DNA of 64,000 nt from a virus. Numbering within the stretch: position 1 is the first letter of the stretch; each line of letters starts with the position of its first letter. This document shows, piece by piece, positions 1-10,277 of this stretch. The notes beneath the pieces were generated by a model that ran no database searches, was not told the DNA's origin, and saw only the letters and a list, made by a program, of their open reading frames with translations. The position numbers and the translations under genes are program-made. Location of the stretch: the IMG/VR virus record IMGVR_UViG_3300020034_000007, positions 11,924 through 75,923 of that record. One strand, 5' to 3'.

Positions 1-2061
1 TGTACTACCCTGCTTAATTACCAACCGCCACGTTGACTGACTCTTAATACCTGCAATAGTCGGTGTCCAGGTAATGTTTGGCAGTGCAGCTAAAACAGCG
101 CCATCAAGAGGGTTAGTAAATACAGGCGCAGGAGCATCCGATACTATGAACGTCTGCAATGGAGCAAGTGGTCCACCTACGTCATCCGAATCCCAAAGCT
201 TAACAGTCCATATAAGCAGCTGATCCTTGTTGCCAGATGGAATAGTAAGTACACCAGTCTGATTGCCGGATGTCAATTTACCTGAGTCAAAAATTGTATT
301 ACCATCTACGTCATACACAAAGAGCTCGTACGCGGTCTGGAAATCAAATGGCGACGGATCGGTAAATATCCACTGTACCTGCAATGAGCCTAAACCATAC
401 TTACCTACAGCACCAGAGTTAGGCGCGAGATTAACACCCTGTGGAGGATGCGAAATAGTAAATGTTCCCGGAGTTGATGCAGGTGAAAGGTTACCCAGCT
501 CGTCTATCTCGTATGAACGAATATACCAGAGTCCCTGAAACATTTCCTGAGCTGCATCGCACTCCTGAGTTACGGTTATGACAGCACCACCTGTAAATGT
601 ATTCAGTGGCCGCTGGAATATATCATCAAAGATCTCGCGGAAATTTGTAGTGAACCCAGAATCGGAAGCTACCTGCCATTTGATCTTTCGATCAACCTGT
701 GGAGTATTGATAGCTTCTTTGAACTGTGCAGAAAAAATCGGCCTATCAGTATCGACCGTCTGGCCATTATAAGGCGAGATATTAACCGGTACTGGCGGTA
801 CTAGAATACCAAGGTAGCGAACTTGATACATCGCCTTGCCATACCAAACAAGACATCCGACCGTACCTACTGTAAGATTTCTAGATCCACCAGCAGAAAC
901 AGTCGATATAGCAGCACCTGAAATACCAAAGCCAAGTCCATCAAACTGGTATGGTGCATTTCTCCAGACAGCAACACCCGTAGAGAAGTCTACCATACAG
1001 GAATACGTAAAGTTAGTCGTAGTAAGAAACAGTAATACCTGATCAGTACCATCAAATGCAGCATTACCAAACTGCCAGCCGGCAGCGTAACCGGAGGTAT
1101 GGCCACCTCCAGCCATAGACTTCGTCTGAAATGGCACGACATCAGTACGAGTCACACCACTATTGACAGTGAACTTCCAGGCAGCCATAGTGCCGCCTGC
1201 TGTAGTAGTATCACCAAATACGCCAGTGACATAGAAAGTCCTAGGCTGAGTGTCCGGACAGATCATAGTAAACTGACGAAGACCTCCGGCCTTACCGGCA
1301 TCAGGAAGAGTAATCGTCGGAGCCGAAGCAATCTGAGCACCGGTAGAAGTATTAATCTGAATGATTTGCATACGCTCGCCTAAATCCTTAGCGAACGCCT
1401 GATTAATAATTATCGCAAAGGTAGCAACGTTAGCAACAATTGCATCCTTACAACCCGCCATCGTGATGTAATCTGTATCCGTCTTCGGGACACCACCAAG
1501 GGTGACGGCTGCTAACGTATGAATAGTCGCGCCACCTCCATTGGTATGATACATCCTGATAATGGAGTTAGTAGCTGCCTTCCAGCTGTACAAGGCCATG
1601 ACAACATCGTCAGTCGAGTTGCCAAGCGAATCAATATCAACACGCGAAGTGTTATACCCCGCAACTACTGTATAAGGTGTCCTGATGGTTCCCGGAGTAA
1701 AAGCAGGACCAGCAGCATAAGCTACCTTGATATACTTAACACTCTGGTCGTGTGCTTTCCAGATGACATGAACATTATTTGAGACATCAATACAAGAAGA
1801 ATATTCTACTGGATCTAAACCAGTGAGATCAGTCGTGATAGTTGCCCGGAGTGTCCATACCTCGCCAGTTGATGAAGAGTAGATGTAGATCTTAGCAATG
1901 TTTGTGTTATCACCGCCGTCACCAGTATAGGCAGTCGAGTTGCTATCCAGAATAACAGCAACTAGGTTACCATCAGATAGTCGGTGAACAGTTCGCTTTG
2001 CGATAGGGCCAAGACCATTACTAGATGTTCTTGAGATACTTCGAACAACTACACCCGGCAT
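1..2061 (-). CDS. Minor tail/virion protein with C-terminal Ig/FN3-like repeats (partial, runs off the window)
   Basis: ATG at 2061, 3 nt after the tape measure stop. I translated 687 codons with no stop up to position 1 (MPGVVVRSISRTSSNG...PVNISPYNGQTVDTDRPIF...DFQTAYELFVYDVDGNTIFDSGK). Absent from the ORF track because there is no stop in the window. Confidence 0.8.
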   Translation of the reverse strand, partial: MPGVVVRSISRTSSNGLGPIAKRTVHRLSDGNLVAVILDSNSTAYTGDGGDNTNIAKIYIYSSSTGEVWTLRATITTDLTGLDPVEYSSCIDVSNNVHVIWKAHDQSVKYIKVAYAAGPAFTPGTIRTPYTVVAGYNTSRVDIDSLGNSTDDVVMALYSWKAATNSIIRMYHTNGGGATIHTLAAVTLGGVPKTDTDYITMAGCKDAIVANVATFAIIINQAFAKDLGERMQIIQINTSTGAQIASAPTITLPDAGKAGGLRQFTMICPDTQPRTFYVTGVFGDTTTAGGTMAAWKFTVNSGVTRTDVVPFQTKSMAGGGHTSGYAAGWQFGNAAFDGTDQVLLFLTTTNFTYSCMVDFSTGVAVWRNAPYQFDGLGFGISGAAISTVSAGGSRNLTVGTVGCLVWYGKAMYQVRYLGILVPPVPVNISPYNGQTVDTDRPIFSAQFKEAINTPQVDRKIKWQVASDSGFTTNFREIFDDIFQRPLNTFTGGAVITVTQECDAAQEMFQGLWYIRSYEIDELGNLSPASTPGTFTISHPPQGVNLAPNSGAVGKYGLGSLQVQWIFTDPSPFDFQTAYELFVYDVDGNTIFDSGKLTSGNQTGVLTIPSGNKDQLLIWTVKLWDSDDVGGPLAPLQTFIVSDAPAPVFTNPLDGAVLAALPNITWTPTIAGIKSQSTWRLVIKQGST

Positions 2062-2064
2062 GGC

Positions 2065-5000
2065 TTACAACTTTCCAGTCAAGGATTCAAGGTTCTGGAT
2101 AAACTTCTCTGCGTCACTACCACTCTTAATACTCGGGAAACTCAAATCACCATGGAAATGAAGTTCAGTATGCTGCGTATTGTTCTGGTAGACTACAGGA
2201 GATGCGTTACTACCGCTAGCATTATTCACTCGTGCATTAAGCGTACTAAGGTTCGGGGTATTCATCTTACCCAGGTAGCCACCGATAACATTCAACAAGC
2301 CAGACTTCTTGACGAGGTCCCAAGCGCGTGCCGGGTTAGTCAAGGGTAGAATAACTTCCTTGCCAGCTTCGCCAACACCGACAACAGTAGCTCGATTATA
2401 GATACCACCAAGGGCATTCCAGTGCGGAAGGTTCGGCAGCAGGGGAATCGAGAACTTCTTGTGTGGCGGGAATGGCATCTCCACTGAAATCCTGTGAGGG
2501 ATGATCAGGTTAACGCCATCAATGATCTTATTAACAATTGCCTTCGCTACTGTTGTAGCAACACCTGCTGCAGCCGAAGCAACACCGCCGACATCCGACA
2601 GGCCTCTAAGTAATCCACCGATGATCGACTTGCCAGCACTCAATAGCCAGGTACCCGCACTCTTGAACGCACCCTGAATACCGCCGCCGATCTTACCGAA
2701 CCAGCTGGTAACACTGCTCCAGACATTCTTAGCACCATTCCACAGGCCATTAAGAACATTCTTACCTGCTCCAACTAGCCAGCTAGCAGCATTAACGAAC
2801 CTGTTAACAATCGCTGTTCCTACATCACCAAGCCACTTAGAAACACTATTCCAGACAGCCTTGGCGCCATTCCATAGACCCTGAAGAACAGCCTTACCAC
2901 CATTAACCAGCCAACTGACAGCGTTAGTAAACTTATTAACGATTGCAAGACCAACCTGGCCTAGCCAGGCATAGACACTATTCCAAACTGATATCGCACC
3001 ATTCCACAGCCCGGTAAGTAGGTCCTTGCCCTTCTGGAGAAGAAAAGTAAGGAAACCAGCCATCGTTTGAAGAATAAGAACAGGAAGCTTAAGGAACCAA
3101 TCAACGATAGCCCTGATCATATCTGGAATGATACTGTGGCCGACAAGCTCATCCCAGAGCCACTGAAAGAAGTGAACGATTCCATTCACAAGTCCTTCAA
3201 CAGCACCCCAAATAATATTCCAGGCACCCTTGATAATATTACCTATAGCACTGAAGATTCCCTTGACAACCTGAACAACGTCATCCCAGGCCTTCTTCCA
3301 CTTGCCTGTAAAGATATCGACAATGAAGTTAAGAATACCAGTAAGAATCTGAAGCAGGTTACCAGTGATAGTAGCCGTTACTTCGATGGCTGGCTTAAGG
3401 ACACTGTTAAATACCGATGCCAGAATCTTCAGAGCACCAAGTAGTAACACTCCGAGAACCATTACCAGTGGCTTTGATGCCGTCCAAAGCAACCCAAGTA
3501 AGCGCCACAATGCCTGGAAGAATGATAGAACCTGTGGAGCAATATGCTGTCCGAGCTCCTTGAAGTAGTAAACAATATTCTTTAGGAACGCAATGATTTC
3601 AGGCGAGAACAACTTCCCAAGTGCACTAGCTACAGTTCCTAAAGTCTTACCTAGATCAACTAGAAACTTGCCAACACCGCTATTCGTAAGACTGCCGAAC
3701 ATCTTGCCAACATCAATGTTACCCAGTGCAGTACCAATGCCATGAGCAAACTGACTTAATCCTGGTCCGACGTTAGCATTCCACCAGGTGACGACCTCTC
3801 CCCACTTCTTCTTGATAGGTGTCAACAGGTCAAGCTTGCCAAACGCCTTACGCGTATTATCTATTGCCGCCTTAGTAAGATCATCAATTGTAAGGCCACC
3901 AGCGTTGCCACTACCAAGGTTAGCACCAAGATTACCAGTTGGATAGTTACCACCGGCCGCCGCATCGAAGTTAGTTGCAGCTTGACCTTGCTTGGCCGCC
4001 GAAGATGCCTTGTCGATCGCAGCCTGCGCTGCTTGACCCATAGTCTGAAGCGAGTCGTTAATCTCCTGGATAGCATCATTAACCTTGGAATACGCATCCT
4101 GGAGAGTCTGAAGCTTCTTGTTTTCAATATCGTAGCTAGCCTGAATACGATCACGTGCAGCCTTAGCCGCATCTACAACAACCTGCTGCTTCGTAACAGC
4201 ATCAGTAGCCTTATTGTATGCATCGGTGTACTTATCAAGGTTAGCCTTGTTAGCTGCTATACCTGCCATGATCTGATCGAAAGGAAGTTCCTTCATGGCA
4301 TTTGCAGCATCGTTAATCTGCTTGGTCAATCCATCGAACTGAAGACTATTTTGTAGATCAAGTTCCTGACCCTTGCGCTGGAGTTCATCAAGCTGATCCT
4401 GCAGCGCCTGATACGCAGTAATCGTATCGTTGATTCCGGTCTGCTGACCCTGTAGTGCAGTGATCTGATCGTTGTACACATTTAGAATATCCGAACCAGC
4501 GCCAGCCTGCTGCAGTGCCTGCTGGGTACCTTGCAGACTGAGGATCTCTCCATTAAGTGCAGCTAGCTTAGACTGAACATCTCCAATAGGTCCAACGACA
4601 TCTTCCATTTGTAACATCTGCAACTGGAGTGCCTTCTGCGCCTGGGTGTTAGCAAAGATCTGATCACCCATGGCCTTCTGGCCAACAATCTGAGTATTAG
4701 AAAGATCTGAAATGTTCTGCTTGGCGGTACTCATTAGATCTGAATAATGCTGCTGTGTAGCAGTTAGCTTATCCAGAATAGCTTGCTGGCGATCCAAGGC
4801 GTCATTGGCTCTATTAAGAGCTGCCTGATCAGCATCAACAATACTCTTCTGGATTCTGATAACATTATTCAGTGCGTTCTGCTTTGCAGTCAAAGCCGTC
4901 AAGTCAGAGTTAAGAACCTTATAAGCGTTAATTGCACCAGCACCGGCACCAGCCTTGTTAAGGTTATCTAGATCCTTCGCCATATTGATATTGCGCGTGG

Positions 5001-7419
5001 TAGCTGCCATCGTAGCGACGGCACTACTGAAGGTCTGGATATCCGCGTACGCCTTCAGGAGCGGGCCTGAGATATTCATAACTGTAGCAAACTGCCTATT
5101 AACCTCAGCCATACCAGCTGTAACATTCTCGACCAACGAAGGTGAGTGATGCGCAAACGGGTTAAGATAGCTGAACAACTCGTATACAGCCTTTGCCGCA
5201 TTCTCCACAATATGAACAACTGCCATCATTGCATTCTGAATACCCTGAGGTAGCATGTTGAACACATTGATAACAAACGCGACAGCCTTATCAAAGATAG
5301 ATGCAATACCACTCATAGCACCAGATAGACCTGATGCCCCCGAATTGAACCATCCGACCACACCCTGCCAAGCTGTAGCAATCTTATCTCTAAACCCATA
5401 AAGCAGGCTAACTACAACTGTGATGGCAATTCCCCACGGTCCGGTAAACACTCGCAAAAGGAGTGTTCCGAACGAAGCCATCATCGGTAGCAAACCACGC
5501 AGACCACCGAGAACCAGCGACGGAAGTCTGCCGAACAGGGCACCTAGCTCTGCAAAGAATGTTAAGCCAAGTCTAGGTATACTTCGGAAGAAGTTCAGGA
5601 AGGTTGCACCAATGGTGCCGAAGCCTAGCTTGACGATCGTTCCGGCACCACTGAAGGCTGCACCAAAGATACGAGGCAAGAAGGCTAGTGCACCAAATCC
5701 AATACTCTTAATACCCGAGAACAATAAGGTAAATGCTCCAAGGAGCGCATTCCCTGCACCGGAAACGATCCCACCTAGGATAGCGAACGTCGTACCGAAG
5801 GTACGTACGAGCAACGAACCGGCCGCCCCCGCCGCCGCCGTGAGGGGTGTGAACATCGTCCGGGCTGCAACAGCAACGACTGATCCAGCAGCTCCTAGGC
5901 CAACACGCAGGATACCTACGATCGGCGAGAATACGCTACCGAGAACACTTCCTAAAGCACTGATTAATGCAATGCCACCCTTGCCAAGTGTGCCAAACAG
6001 TCCGGTAAACAATCCGACGATCTTACCGAACGGCGCAAACATCAAACTAAAAATTACACCGAGAGATCTAAATCCACCGACGAGCGCTGACACATACAGC
6101 ATCAGTGGGCCCATCAAGGCAAGCATGATCGCTAACAGACCCATGAACTTCTGAGTGGTCGGGCTTAGGTTACTGAACCACATCGCAAGCTTGGCTAAGT
6201 AGCCGGCCATGGCAAGAATCACGGGTAGCAACGGCTTGAGTACGTCAACAAGGCTGTTCTGAATCACAACGCCAATTTGCTGCATCTGGTGCGGCGACGA
6301 ATTCATAACAGTCGCGAGTTCCTGCGCTGCTACCTTGGCGTTAACATTTGCATCCTTGGTTGCATCTAGCGCCTTGCCGTAGTAACTTAGACCACCGCTA
6401 CCCTTAATTAGCGAGTTGTAAACATCTCGCATAAGGATATCAAAACGGTTAATCTGGAAGTTAGTAGCAAGGTAACGAGATGCAACATTCTTCTGGGCCT
6501 GATCGAGGCCGTGAAACTTGGTAGCCAGAAGCTCGATACGCTGTGCACCTGTCGATGACTTCCAGGACATATCCGCAACGGTAATGCCCATCTTCTTAAG
6601 GATATCTTCGGCATTCTTAGTAGGTGCAAGAATGTTCGAGATGATAGTCTTAAGAGCATTACCAGCTTGAGCTGCTGTACCTGCAGCGGGAGTCAAGGCA
6701 GCAAGCATAGCCGCAAGCTCGCGGTAGTTAATACCAGCTTCAGATGCAGCACCAGCTGCACGCTGGAAGCCATCAATCAGACCGGCCATGCTGATTCCAG
6801 TCTGATTCTCAACAACGTTCAAAGTATTGAGAATCTTGACCAGGTCGGACGAGCTAGCGCCATACTGTGCCTGGATGGCAATCAGGGCATTAGTCGCTTG
6901 GGTAGCCGACAAGCCACCGATGATCATTGCTTTTAGAGTGGTATCTACAGACTGCGCCAGTGCTGCACCCTGAACACCAGCCTGCGCCCAGGCAGCACCG
7001 ACGCCAATAACCTCAGCCTGCTGAATGCCATACTCGTTGCTGAGTGCTTCGAAGTTCTTACGAAGAGAATCTAGATCCTTGCCATAGTTAGCGAATGGAT
7101 CAGATCCATAAACCTTCTGTAGTTCAGCGAAAGCTGACTCGTTAGCCTGAGTAAAATCATAGATCTTCTTACCCGCTAAGACTAATGGTGCAGTGAATGT
7201 TGCCGTCATCGCATAACCAGCTGAACGAAGGCTAGACGTCAGACTGGCAAGTGACCTGGTAGTACCCGCAATACCCGAAGCTGCGCCAGTACCACCAGAA
7301 GAATTTAGAGATGCCTGAACTTGCTTCCAGGTTCCCTGAAATTGCTTGAGCTGTGCTTCGGCAGTAGCTTTAGCAACTCGGATGGTTATATTCAAGTAAG
7401 TTTCGACTTTAAACACCAC
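2065..7419 (-). CDS. Tape measure protein (TP901/PhageMin_Tail-type core)
   Basis: 1784 aa, Ala/Gly/Leu-rich. Has a core-like N-terminal region, hydrophobic segment, coiled coil, Trp-periodic GLWNGAKxVW repeats and C-terminal ALGG...VGEAGKEVILPL. Lies downstream of the tail chaperones. Confidence 0.95.
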   Translation of the reverse strand: MVFKVETYLNITIRVAKATAEAQLKQFQGTWKQVQASLNSSGGTGAASGIAGTTRSLASLTSSLRSAGYAMTATFTAPLVLAGKKIYDFTQANESAFAELQKVYGSDPFANYGKDLDSLRKNFEALSNEYGIQQAEVIGVGAAWAQAGVQGAALAQSVDTTLKAMIIGGLSATQATNALIAIQAQYGASSSDLVKILNTLNVVENQTGISMAGLIDGFQRAAGAASEAGINYRELAAMLAALTPAAGTAAQAGNALKTIISNILAPTKNAEDILKKMGITVADMSWKSSTGAQRIELLATKFHGLDQAQKNVASRYLATNFQINRFDILMRDVYNSLIKGSGGLSYYGKALDATKDANVNAKVAAQELATVMNSSPHQMQQIGVVIQNSLVDVLKPLLPVILAMAGYLAKLAMWFSNLSPTTQKFMGLLAIMLALMGPLMLYVSALVGGFRSLGVIFSLMFAPFGKIVGLFTGLFGTLGKGGIALISALGSVLGSVFSPIVGILRVGLGAAGSVVAVAARTMFTPLTAAAGAAGSLLVRTFGTTFAILGGIVSGAGNALLGAFTLLFSGIKSIGFGALAFLPRIFGAAFSGAGTIVKLGFGTIGATFLNFFRSIPRLGLTFFAELGALFGRLPSLVLGGLRGLLPMMASFGTLLLRVFTGPWGIAITVVVSLLYGFRDKIATAWQGVVGWFNSGASGLSGAMSGIASIFDKAVAFVINVFNMLPQGIQNAMMAVVHIVENAAKAVYELFSYLNPFAHHSPSLVENVTAGMAEVNRQFATVMNISGPLLKAYADIQTFSSAVATMAATTRNINMAKDLDNLNKAGAGAGAINAYKVLNSDLTALTAKQNALNNVIRIQKSIVDADQAALNRANDALDRQQAILDKLTATQQHYSDLMSTAKQNISDLSNTQIVGQKAMGDQIFANTQAQKALQLQMLQMEDVVGPIGDVQSKLAALNGEILSLQGTQQALQQAGAGSDILNVYNDQITALQGQQTGINDTITAYQALQDQLDELQRKGQELDLQNSLQFDGLTKQINDAANAMKELPFDQIMAGIAANKANLDKYTDAYNKATDAVTKQQVVVDAAKAARDRIQASYDIENKKLQTLQDAYSKVNDAIQEINDSLQTMGQAAQAAIDKASSAAKQGQAATNFDAAAGGNYPTGNLGANLGSGNAGGLTIDDLTKAAIDNTRKAFGKLDLLTPIKKKWGEVVTWWNANVGPGLSQFAHGIGTALGNIDVGKMFGSLTNSGVGKFLVDLGKTLGTVASALGKLFSPEIIAFLKNIVYYFKELGQHIAPQVLSFFQALWRLLGLLWTASKPLVMVLGVLLLGALKILASVFNSVLKPAIEVTATITGNLLQILTGILNFIVDIFTGKWKKAWDDVVQVVKGIFSAIGNIIKGAWNIIWGAVEGLVNGIVHFFQWLWDELVGHSIIPDMIRAIVDWFLKLPVLILQTMAGFLTFLLQKGKDLLTGLWNGAISVWNSVYAWLGQVGLAIVNKFTNAVSWLVNGGKAVLQGLWNGAKAVWNSVSKWLGDVGTAIVNRFVNAASWLVGAGKNVLNGLWNGAKNVWSSVTSWFGKIGGGIQGAFKSAGTWLLSAGKSIIGGLLRGLSDVGGVASAAAGVATTVAKAIVNKIIDGVNLIIPHRISVEMPFPPHKKFSIPLLPNLPHWNALGGIYNRATVVGVGEAGKEVILPLTNPARAWDLVKKSGLLNVIGGYLGKMNTPNLSTLNARVNNASGSNASPVVYQNNTQHTELHFHGDLSFPSIKSGSDAEKFIQNLESLTGKL

Positions 7420-7481
7420 CCACGGGCTTCGAAGAGTCCCACTAAAGGGCCTCTAGTGCCCGACAAGGTATTCTGGAATAT

Positions 7482-7531
7482 ATCAAATACCCCTCGTCTC
7501 CGTCCATAACAACGGTCGAGGGGTATTTGAT
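7482..7531. terminator. 15-bp inverted repeat hairpin between chaperone GT and tape measure
   Basis: atcaaatacccctcg (7482-7496) / cgaggggtatttgat (7517-7531), 20-nt loop. Confidence 0.6.
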
Positions 7532-7789
7532 CTAGCGCTTCTTTGACTTTATGTTTTCCATCTCGCGGGTATGCTTGTCATTATCTCGCTTCTCGCGTAT
7601 CCCACGAAGCTCGAACAGGACTGTCCACTCGTCAATGAGATCAGGATGCTGATCGTACCAGCCGCCTTCTACTGGAAAGTGAGTCCACTTCGTATTCTCG
7701 CAAAGCCAAAACAGAAAGATAGACGAGGGAAGATTCCCGCCAGTTTCGCCACCGTTAATCCAGGCTTCCGCTTTTACGCGGAATCGTCT
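7532..7789 (-). CDS. Tail assembly chaperone GT, -1 frameshift extension
   Basis: The -1 frame after GGGAAAA reads RRFRVKAEAWINGGETGGNLPSSIFLFWLCENTKWTHFPVEGGWYDQHPDLIDEWTVLF...KKR*. It has the typical xPxxGGxxDQxP motif and no early start codon. Confidence 0.85.
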   Translation of the reverse strand, partial: RRFRVKAEAWINGGETGGNLPSSIFLFWLCENTKWTHFPVEGGWYDQHPDLIDEWTVLFELRGIREKRDNDKHTREMENIKSKKR

Positions 7790-8322
7790 TTTCCCGCTTC
7801 ACGCTTGACGGCCGACTCGAGAAGATCTTCGAGGTTCTTCATCTCTTCGCGAATCGCATCAGCAGTCATCTCGCTCTGCATCCATGGATTAGCCTTGCGA
7901 ATCGCACGCTCGAGACCGTCAAGTAGCTTCGGATCAGCCTGAAGGGACCACTTACCAAACTCGGAACCAAGACTAGCATTCTTGTCGACCGAAATCGCCT
8001 TGAAAGATCCATCAGTCTGCTTCTTGACGATGTGCCAGCTCATCACCGAGCACTCGAAAAGGATCTCACGCTCGACACCTGGATCAACCCGCACGCGCGC
8101 GTCACCAGTATTCTTCTCGAGCTTGATATCCTTGGTGGTCTTGGACTGGTACTTGCGTCGGTCGCCTTCAGTCATCTGCCGGAATTCAATCCACTGCAGG
8201 CCATCAGGGAAAGTCCAACGCTGCGTCTCGTTAAAGCCGAAGTAATCCTCATAGGCTGGCTCGTCAGGATCTACTCCAGCAGCAATCATGTTTTGTCGTG
8301 TAAGGTCAGTATCGGTTTCCAT
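7774..8322 (-). CDS. Tail assembly chaperone G
   Basis: 182 aa between tail tube and tape measure; slippery heptamer near its 3' end. Confidence 0.85.
   Translation of the reverse strand: METDTDLTRQNMIAAGVDPDEPAYEDYFGFNETQRWTFPDGLQWIEFRQMTEGDRRKYQSKTTKDIKLEKNTGDARVRVDPGVEREILFECSVMSWHIVKKQTDGSFKAISVDKNASLGSEFGKWSLQADPKLLDGLERAIRKANPWMQSEMTADAIREEMKNLEDLLESAVKREAGKDDSA
7789..7795 (-). promoter_or_regulatory. Programmed -1 frameshift slippery site G GGA AAA
   Basis: Minus strand GCG GGA AAA GAC; X XXY YYZ heptamer in the correct phase, as in many actinophage G/GT genes. Confidence 0.85.
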
Positions 8323-8353
8323 TGGTGACCCTTTCTAGGTCTTGTGTGGAATT

Positions 8354-8400
8354 ATTAACCCCAGGCAGGCTAGCCGGTATTTAGCCTGCCTGGGGTTAAT
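8354..8400. terminator. 19-bp perfect inverted repeat after the major tail gene
   Basis: attaaccccaggcaggcta / tagcctgcctggggttaat, 9-nt loop, 17 nt past the stop. Confidence 0.75.
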
Positions 8401-8417
8401 GCACCCCGGGGGGGTTA

Positions 8418-9446
8418 TTACGCGATGGTCGCGCGACCTGTTTTGGCAACGGAAGTCATGATCGGAGTAGCAGGCACAGGACGAATAGCCTGAATATCAA
8501 TACTCGGCTCGATGATATCGTCACCACTCGGACTGAAGTTATAAGGCTTCAGAATCGACTGAGGGATAGTAAAGGCAATCTGCTGGGCCGTCAACGGAGT
8601 ACCTGCGACAATGTTCTCATAAGTAGCAACGTTAATAACCAGAGCTTGCTTTGTCGGAATACCACCAGGCGCAGTAGCAGCAGCCGTACCATATACGGCC
8701 TGGCGCCACAGTGCACTATCCTGCTGGCGAATCGTAACGCTGGCCGTAACTTCACGACGCTTCGGGACAACACTTCCAAGGTAAAGACTACCCAGACGGA
8801 AGTCAGTATCATCGAAGTTATTGTTGATATCTAGGCTGAAAGACTTCGCCGGAAGAGTCACACCGTTGTAAGTCACTGTAACATTCGTACCGACGATCAT
8901 CGGCAGGCTGTCAAACAGTGCAGTCGGAGTATTCATGTCGGTTGGGGTAATACCCGCAACCTGCTTCAACGCGATGAGGCCAGCGGTACCCATAAGGTAA
9001 CCGTCAGCCGCAGCTTCCAGGTGAAGCGTATTGACGACTGTGTCCGTGTAGTCGAAGCACTCCAGACCGGCACCAATGAGCTCCTCGACCGAGTAATACG
9101 GAAGAGCGGCAGCATCGGAAGGTGTGATCGTATGAGTCGTAATACCCGTCGTGGTAACCTGAGCAGTCGTCCCCATGCAGGCATACAACAGAGATAGGAA
9201 CGACTCTATGCGGGCATAGAAGTCGTAGCTACCAGACCACTTAACGGGCCCCAGGTAGGAGTCCGTAATATCGCGACCGCCACCGATCTCGGGGTCTGGG
9301 ATCATAAGCGTTCGGTCGGTGCCAAGCGATCCACTGCGAAGCTTAATACCAATACCCGCAGTCGCAATGTCAGAAGCAAATGTCCCAAGGACAGACTGCT
9401 TGCGAAGCAGAATGTGGCCTGGCTGTGAAGAATACCCTGCCGCCAT
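8418..9446 (-). CDS. Major tail (tube) protein
   Basis: 342 aa, beta-rich tail-tube-like sequence; position upstream of the chaperones and followed by a terminator. Confidence 0.85.
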   Translation of the reverse strand: MAAGYSSQPGHILLRKQSVLGTFASDIATAGIGIKLRSGSLGTDRTLMIPDPEIGGGRDITDSYLGPVKWSGSYDFYARIESFLSLLYACMGTTAQVTTTGITTHTITPSDAAALPYYSVEELIGAGLECFDYTDTVVNTLHLEAAADGYLMGTAGLIALKQVAGITPTDMNTPTALFDSLPMIVGTNVTVTYNGVTLPAKSFSLDINNNFDDTDFRLGSLYLGSVVPKRREVTASVTIRQQDSALWRQAVYGTAAATAPGGIPTKQALVINVATYENIVAGTPLTAQQIAFTIPQSILKPYNFSPSGDDIIEPSIDIQAIRPVPATPIMTSVAKTGRATIA

Positions 9447-9448
9447 TA

Positions 9449-9781
9449 TTAGCTGCCCTTCTTCTCGTCAGCCTTTACGTCACCGTTAGGCTTCTGTAGT
9501 ACCTCGGATGAGGTCGGCACAGGAGGTGCAGACACCTCGGCGGGTACGACAGGCCCGGTGACTGGCGGCTTCTCGGAAGCCTTGACACGTTCTTGCATCT
9601 CGGCAATTTGCTGGTCCAAGGTCTTACTCTCATTAACCAGCGCAACGCCATCGATCAAGCGCTGACTGCCGTAAAGGTTCTCGGTCTCTTCTGCTTTTAG
9701 AAGAGCAAGCTGTTCACGCTTCTGCTCATTCTCTGAACGAAGGTAATCGAGGTCTTCGTCAGTAGGCAGGTTATCAGGCAT
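9449..9781 (-). CDS. Hypothetical protein (coiled coil + Pro-rich tail)
   Basis: 110 aa ORF tightly packed in the operon. Confidence 0.7.
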   Translation of the reverse strand: MPDNLPTDEDLDYLRSENEQKREQLALLKAEETENLYGSQRLIDGVALVNESKTLDQQIAEMQERVKASEKPPVTGPVVPAEVSAPPVPTSSEVLQKPNGDVKADEKKGS

Positions 9782-10277
9782 TTACTTTCTCAACCTCCAA
9801 CATAAGATCGTTAGTGCAAAGGTACAGGTTCTCGCCGTTGACCTGGTTATTCCTATACCTTCCAGCCCTGACCCAGAACCTCTTGAGTCTCTTGATCGTT
9901 CCGTTCAGAGTCGCTGTAAGTCCGCCCAATTGTTGCCGTAGTGGGGGGTCACTGCCAAGGATAGTGCGTAACGTTTCGGCCAGCACTGCATGCCAACTCA
10001 GACCAATAATCTCATCTGAATGCCGAACAAACCCTTGCACCATGATCGAGTACATTTCAAGCGTAGGACTGCGCGCGAAATCCACTCCCATCATCTCCTG
10101 TGAATTCGGAGTTGGCAGCCAGTTGTCAGCCCAGACACCAATCGAGAAGTTAAGATCCTGCGTACGTAGTGGACGCTTAAGAACAATCAACCTATCATCT
10201 TCCATGGCAAACCGAGCAGCGACGAGCTGGACGACGTTGTTAGGAAAGATAGATCCATTGTCAAAGTCAATTGGCAT
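9774..10277 (-). CDS. Putative tail terminator/completion protein
   Basis: 167 aa; size and synteny upstream of the tail tube gene. Confidence 0.55.
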   Translation of the reverse strand: MPIDFDNGSIFPNNVVQLVAARFAMEDDRLIVLKRPLRTQDLNFSIGVWADNWLPTPNSQEMMGVDFARSPTLEMYSIMVQGFVRHSDEIIGLSWHAVLAETLRTILGSDPPLRQQLGGLTATLNGTIKRLKRFWVRAGRYRNNQVNGENLYLCTNDLMLEVEKVNA

